Assembly (NCBI GenBank): GCA_964106645.2
Contig: OZ067052.1
DNA from: Podarcis pityusensis
Lineage: Eukaryota
DNA: 64,000 nucleotides
Strand: one strand, 5' to 3'
Shown here one piece after another: positions 60,114 to 64,000 of the stretch. The notes beneath the pieces are model-generated. The model was not told the origin of the DNA. It did no database searches and worked only from the letters and a program-made list of their open reading frames with translations. Position 1 is the first letter of the stretch. Every line of letters starts with the position of its first letter. The translations under genes and the position numbers were made by a program.

Positions 60114-61556
60114 GGTGCTTGAACACAGAGGTTTAAAGCATGGACCATGCCTGAAAAGTGTGGAGGAAAGGTAACTGTGGATAAGCCCTCAGAGGAATTT
60201 AAAAGAGGATTAGACAAATTCATGGAGGTTAAGGCTGCTAGTCATACTAGATATATTCTACCTCCAGGATCAGAGGCAATATGCTCTGCCTGAGTACCAG
60301 AACATGAGCAAGAGAGTGCTGTTACCTTCATGCCCTGTTTGTGGACTTCCCAGAAATACCTGGTTAGCCACTATGGGAATTGGGATTCTGGACTTGATGG
60401 GCATTTGGTCTGATTCAGCCGCCAGTCTCTTCTTAATGTTCTTATGGTTTCTCAGTTACCGTAAACATGCACTCAATCTGGGTTTTCCTTTTCAGTTTGC
60501 TCACTATTTTGAGTCCACCTACACATCGGACTACTCCAAGAATATGCCCCACAGCACAAGAAGTAGGTACATAAAACTGAAATGCAGGCACTTAATTTAA
60601 AAGCTGCAAGAGAACTTTGGGAAGATCTAGTTCTTCCCCCAGTTCTGAATCCTCTATTCTCAAATATTCCTAACAGAGCTTTCCAAATAAGAGGAATACA
60701 GAAGTGATAATGTATAATGTGTCTTGAGGGGCCAAAGTGCAGCTTAGAACAACAATAAGTAAATGAATGCCATGAGTCAAGTGTCAGTGGACTCTGGTGG
60801 TGACAGCAAGGGACCTGTAGGAACACAAAGAAATCCATTGCAATATGTCCTGAAGTACTAGCAGTCTGGATGCACAATTGAATGGTGCCACCCCCATCTC
60901 CCCTGGGAATTAGAAAGTGGCAGCCATCATCATCATTATTATTCATATGATTTCTTACCCATTCTTTCACCATAATGTCCCCAGGGCAAGTAACAGCAAC
61001 ATAAAAAGGTATAGTTAGTCCATGATTTAGAAAGCAACCAAGACCACCCTGATAGTGCAAGAATGTAAATTTGGGATATATACATGATTGCATATACTGA
61101 AATTTGCTGGTATGCAAATTGGAAACTGCACCCATAGAAATGGGTGGATTCGGGTGCAGAATCTTCCGTACTGCACTTGTGATAAAGCAGCATGTCCCGT
61201 ATCACTTTCCTAATGTGCTTTCTCAGGTATTCAGCTCCCTTTTAGATTGGCAGAAGCTAAGACTGCCTTTGGCTGCTGTCGAGTTTGTTCAGTGCAATGT
61301 GTTCATTCTGCTTTACTGGCTTGCAACTGCCCTGCCTTCTTTTGAGCTCCTCAGCCTTGTCCTCTCTCTGCTCTTAGGAGTTATGCGAGATGTTCACTGG
61401 TTCCCTGGACACCAGCCAGAGCTGGAGCCTCCTCCAATCAAGCCAACTGCCCGGTCATGCTACATGATAGATTATGAGCCTCCACAGAAGAAGGGAGCCT
61501 GCTGCTTGGTTGACACGAAGCCCAAAGAACAGCAAGGGACTCCGCTGAAGCAGTAG
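58362..61556 (+). CDS. CFAP68: Cilia- and flagella-associated protein 68 (C11orf1/UPF0686), 3 coding exons, 156 aa
   Basis: Exons 58362-58586, 60496-60562, 61378-61556 (471 nt). GHGEVWTDWN, FQYGWRCTTNE, LLGNWNEERYD and HWFPGHQPEL match recalled human C11orf1. AATAAA at 61700. Confidence 0.94.
58796..59034. mobile_element. hAT-type MITE
   Basis: CAGGGGTCAGCAA...TTGCTGATCCCTG TIRs; perfect 8-bp TSD CTCTAGTA. Confidence 0.88.
59680..60450 (+). mobile_element. Degraded CR1-like LINE fragment with an internal insertion
   Basis: GGGGCATGATAGAGGTGTACAAAATTATG, TGGAATTCACTCCC and GGATTAGACAAATTCATGGAGG are typical CR1 ORF2 3' segments. Confidence 0.6.
60496..60562 (+). CDS. CFAP68: CFAP68 coding exon 2 (FAHYFESTYTSDYSKNMPHSTR)
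   Basis: ttcag|TTT acceptor; A|gtaggt donor. Confidence 0.9.
61378..61556 (+). CDS. CFAP68: CFAP68 terminal coding exon
   Basis: ttag|GA acceptor; HWFPGHQPELEPP; TAG stop. Confidence 0.92.
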
Positions 61557-62186
61557 GACTAGAGTAGGGCTTCTTCTGCTTCAGGACAGCCTGGGTTGCT
61601 TGAAAGGCCCTGCCTGTGTGACCCAGTTGCCCCCTCTTTCCCCCACCCACCCACTTAAAAGCTAGGCTGCCATGCAGCAACTCACAAACCATGTCTGTGA
61701 ATAAAAGAGTGAGAAGGAGATTCTTCTTCTTGTGGCTTGGGGGGGGTGTGGGTGTGTGTACAGTTTTACTGTACTTTCCCTCTGACGTTTTGTGAAGCAC
61801 CACCTAATTTTTGTTTGTTGGCTGTTACATTTGTTTTTCTGTGTAGCCAAAGCTAGAAGAGCCAGTAAAATTATTTCCCCCCAACACTGTTTGTGGTTGC
61901 TCAGCCAGAGCAGAAGGGAACTCTGCATGTGCTCAGAGCTATTCTCCCTCTCTTTTTTTACCAAAAGTTTGCATGCTGTAGGGCTGAGCCCTGTCTCAAA
62001 TTGACCCTGCCCCGAAGATTGAGGAAAGAAGCCGCCAGATGCTTACTCATCGGTTTATTTGTTAGTAAACAAGCTCATTTGCTTAGCACAAATAAATAAG
62101 AACAGCCAGCCAGTGACACCGCCTGCTGTTTGCATCCAATGGAAAGGCTTTCTTGGGTATAAAAGAGTAGGTCTCAAAGGGCATGT

Positions 62187-62390
62187 CTACTTCCTTTGCG
62201 CTGCTGGTACGGCAGATTTCTCCTCCCTGGCAATGGGGATGGTGCGCTCTGGGACTTCCATGGCTTTTCTTGGTCCATTCACTGTCAGGACACCATCCGA
62301 AGAGAGGGAGGAGGTGATGGAGAGGGGATCCACATCAGCTGGGATCCTGTACTTCCTGTTGAACTCCCTGGCAATGAAGCCGTGTTCATC
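62187..62390 (-). CDS. CRYAB: AlphaB-crystallin exon 3 ([22 protein letters not shown]...AQRK*)
   Basis: Canonical sHSP C-terminus with IPI motif; AATAAA on the minus strand at 62054-62059. Confidence 0.97.
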   Translation of the reverse strand, partial: DEHGFIAREFNRKYRIPADVDPLSITSSLSSDGVLTVNGPRKAMEVPERTIPIAREEKSAVPAAQRK

Positions 62391-62855
62391 CTTTTCAAAA
62401 GAGAAGGGGGCGAGGGGGAGAAGAACATAACCATATATGTCTGGTTGCAAATGGTTTACTATAAGGGGAGCTCATTGTTCATTGTTAAGAAGCACTCTTC
62501 CCATTCAGAAAGTTCAGTCCCCTGGGGTACCCCAGTTTAGGGGTATCAGGGCTTGTAAAGACCACTGCCAGAGACCTGGGAAAGCTGCTACCAATCAGAG
62601 TGGCCAGTACTAAGTGAGCTGGGCCAATGGTCCTTTGCTGTGGTCCAGCTTTGGCTTTCTCAGATTTAAAACCAAATGAATAAATGAATGAGGGACCATT
62701 TCTATTTCCTTTGCCCAAGGCTGTCTCTCTGAGACTCTTCTATGTGGCAGGTAACATGGCATTGTTAACGTCTCCTTCCTTCTAAACCTTGTTTAGAATG
62801 GGTCAATTTCTCCTTCCTTCCACCCTGCCTCCCATCGCCCTGCCAGCTGTGCTCA

Positions 62856-62999
<144 letters not shown>

Positions 63000-63508
63000 C
63001 TAACAAAATAGTCTAGTTAGGGCAGTTATAATATTTAATGTTTACTAATTGTTAGGTGCTGTATGTGGAGCAGATAATTAGACATGATCAGTGTGGTAGA
63101 TCATTTGCTATTCCACATCCCCAAAGTGCAAGACTGTTCTGTATGCTACTTTCATGGTAGCATGTGGGTTAAGGTCAGGCAACATTTCTTCATGTTGAGG
63201 GCTGCAGTCCTCCAAAGGAAATCTCTTGGAACCAGTACTGGCAGTGAGACACGTTCCCATTCTTCCCTCTTTCTGTCTCTACCCTTCAAACACACCCACC
63301 ACATAGAAACAGGAAGAGAGTTGGCCGTTGAGTGAAATCTTTTCTATAAGCCTTCCTCACATGGCAATTGTGCTTAGGAAAAAAAGTTCCCATTGATGTG
63401 AATGAGGTTTTTTTGTTCAAAGTCTAATTTCATGGGGGTAGGTGGGGCTGCTGCCCATCTCCACAGCTGACTGGGAGTGGGGCGGTGAGATAGAAGTCAT
63501 GCATGTTG

Positions 63509-63509
<1 letters not shown>

Positions 63510-63549
<40 letters not shown>
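63510..63549. repeat. (AAT)n microsatellite, probable retroelement tail
   Basis: Perfect AAT run adjoining a repeat also seen at about 53225-53330. Confidence 0.9.
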
Positions 63550-64000
63550 TTATTTATACCCTGCCCATCTGGCTGGGCTTCCCCAGCCTCTCTGGGTGGC
63601 TCCCAAGAGAATATTAAAAACACGATAAATACATACATAAAAATGAGGGTTTGTTCCCCTTTATAACACTGATTGGCAGTAGACTCAGGACAGACAAAAG
63701 AAAGGATTTTCCCACACATTGCATAATTAACTTATGAAATTCACCCCCATGGGATGGAGTGATGGCCAGAATATTTGCTTGCTTTACAAGGGATTAGACA
63801 AGACTATGGAGGAGGAGAGTTCATGTCAACTAGTGTTCAAATCCTCACTGGGCCGATCACTGCGTCTCAGCCTAACCTACTGCGCAGGGTTGTTTTGAGG
63901 ACCGGAGGGAGGCAGCTTGAGCTTTTCAGAGCAAAGGTGGGATATAAATATAATAAAAATACTAGTCATGTGGGCTATATAGAACCTCTTCAGTGTATCA

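Noticed and set aside
60473-61135. 220-aa minus-strand ORF in a CFAP68 intron
   Set aside because: Composition looks random, there is no domain resemblance, and no supporting promoter or splice context.

Overview
Vertebrate genomic DNA, most likely a lacertid lizard (inferred from Sauria/Squam1-type and Squam3-type SINEs). The window is syntenic with human 11q23.1. It contains the last six exons and 3'UTR of SIK2 (+), complete ALG9 (-, 15 coding exons, 608 aa), complete FDXACB1 (-, 5 coding exons, 629 aa), complete CFAP68/C11orf1 (+, 3 coding exons, 156 aa) sharing a bidirectional CpG promoter with FDXACB1, and exons 2-3 of CRYAB (-). Exon boundaries were read from GT-AG sites and the phases close in frame. 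Introns carry SINEs, CR1 fragments and hAT/Tc-mariner MITEs. The most notable observations are: (i) no recognisable PPP2R1B between SIK2 and ALG9; (ii) a Tc2-like MITE in a SIK2 intron filled with a 157-bp multi-hairpin tandem array; (iii) a Penelope-like insert with two inverted hammerhead-ribozyme cores nested in a hAT MITE in an ALG9 intron; (iv) RFX X-boxes around CFAP68; (v) a broken ERTIPITRE palindrome in alphaB-crystallin. Homology calls rest on recalled human protein sequences; no database search was run. No clearly novel protein-coding system was found.
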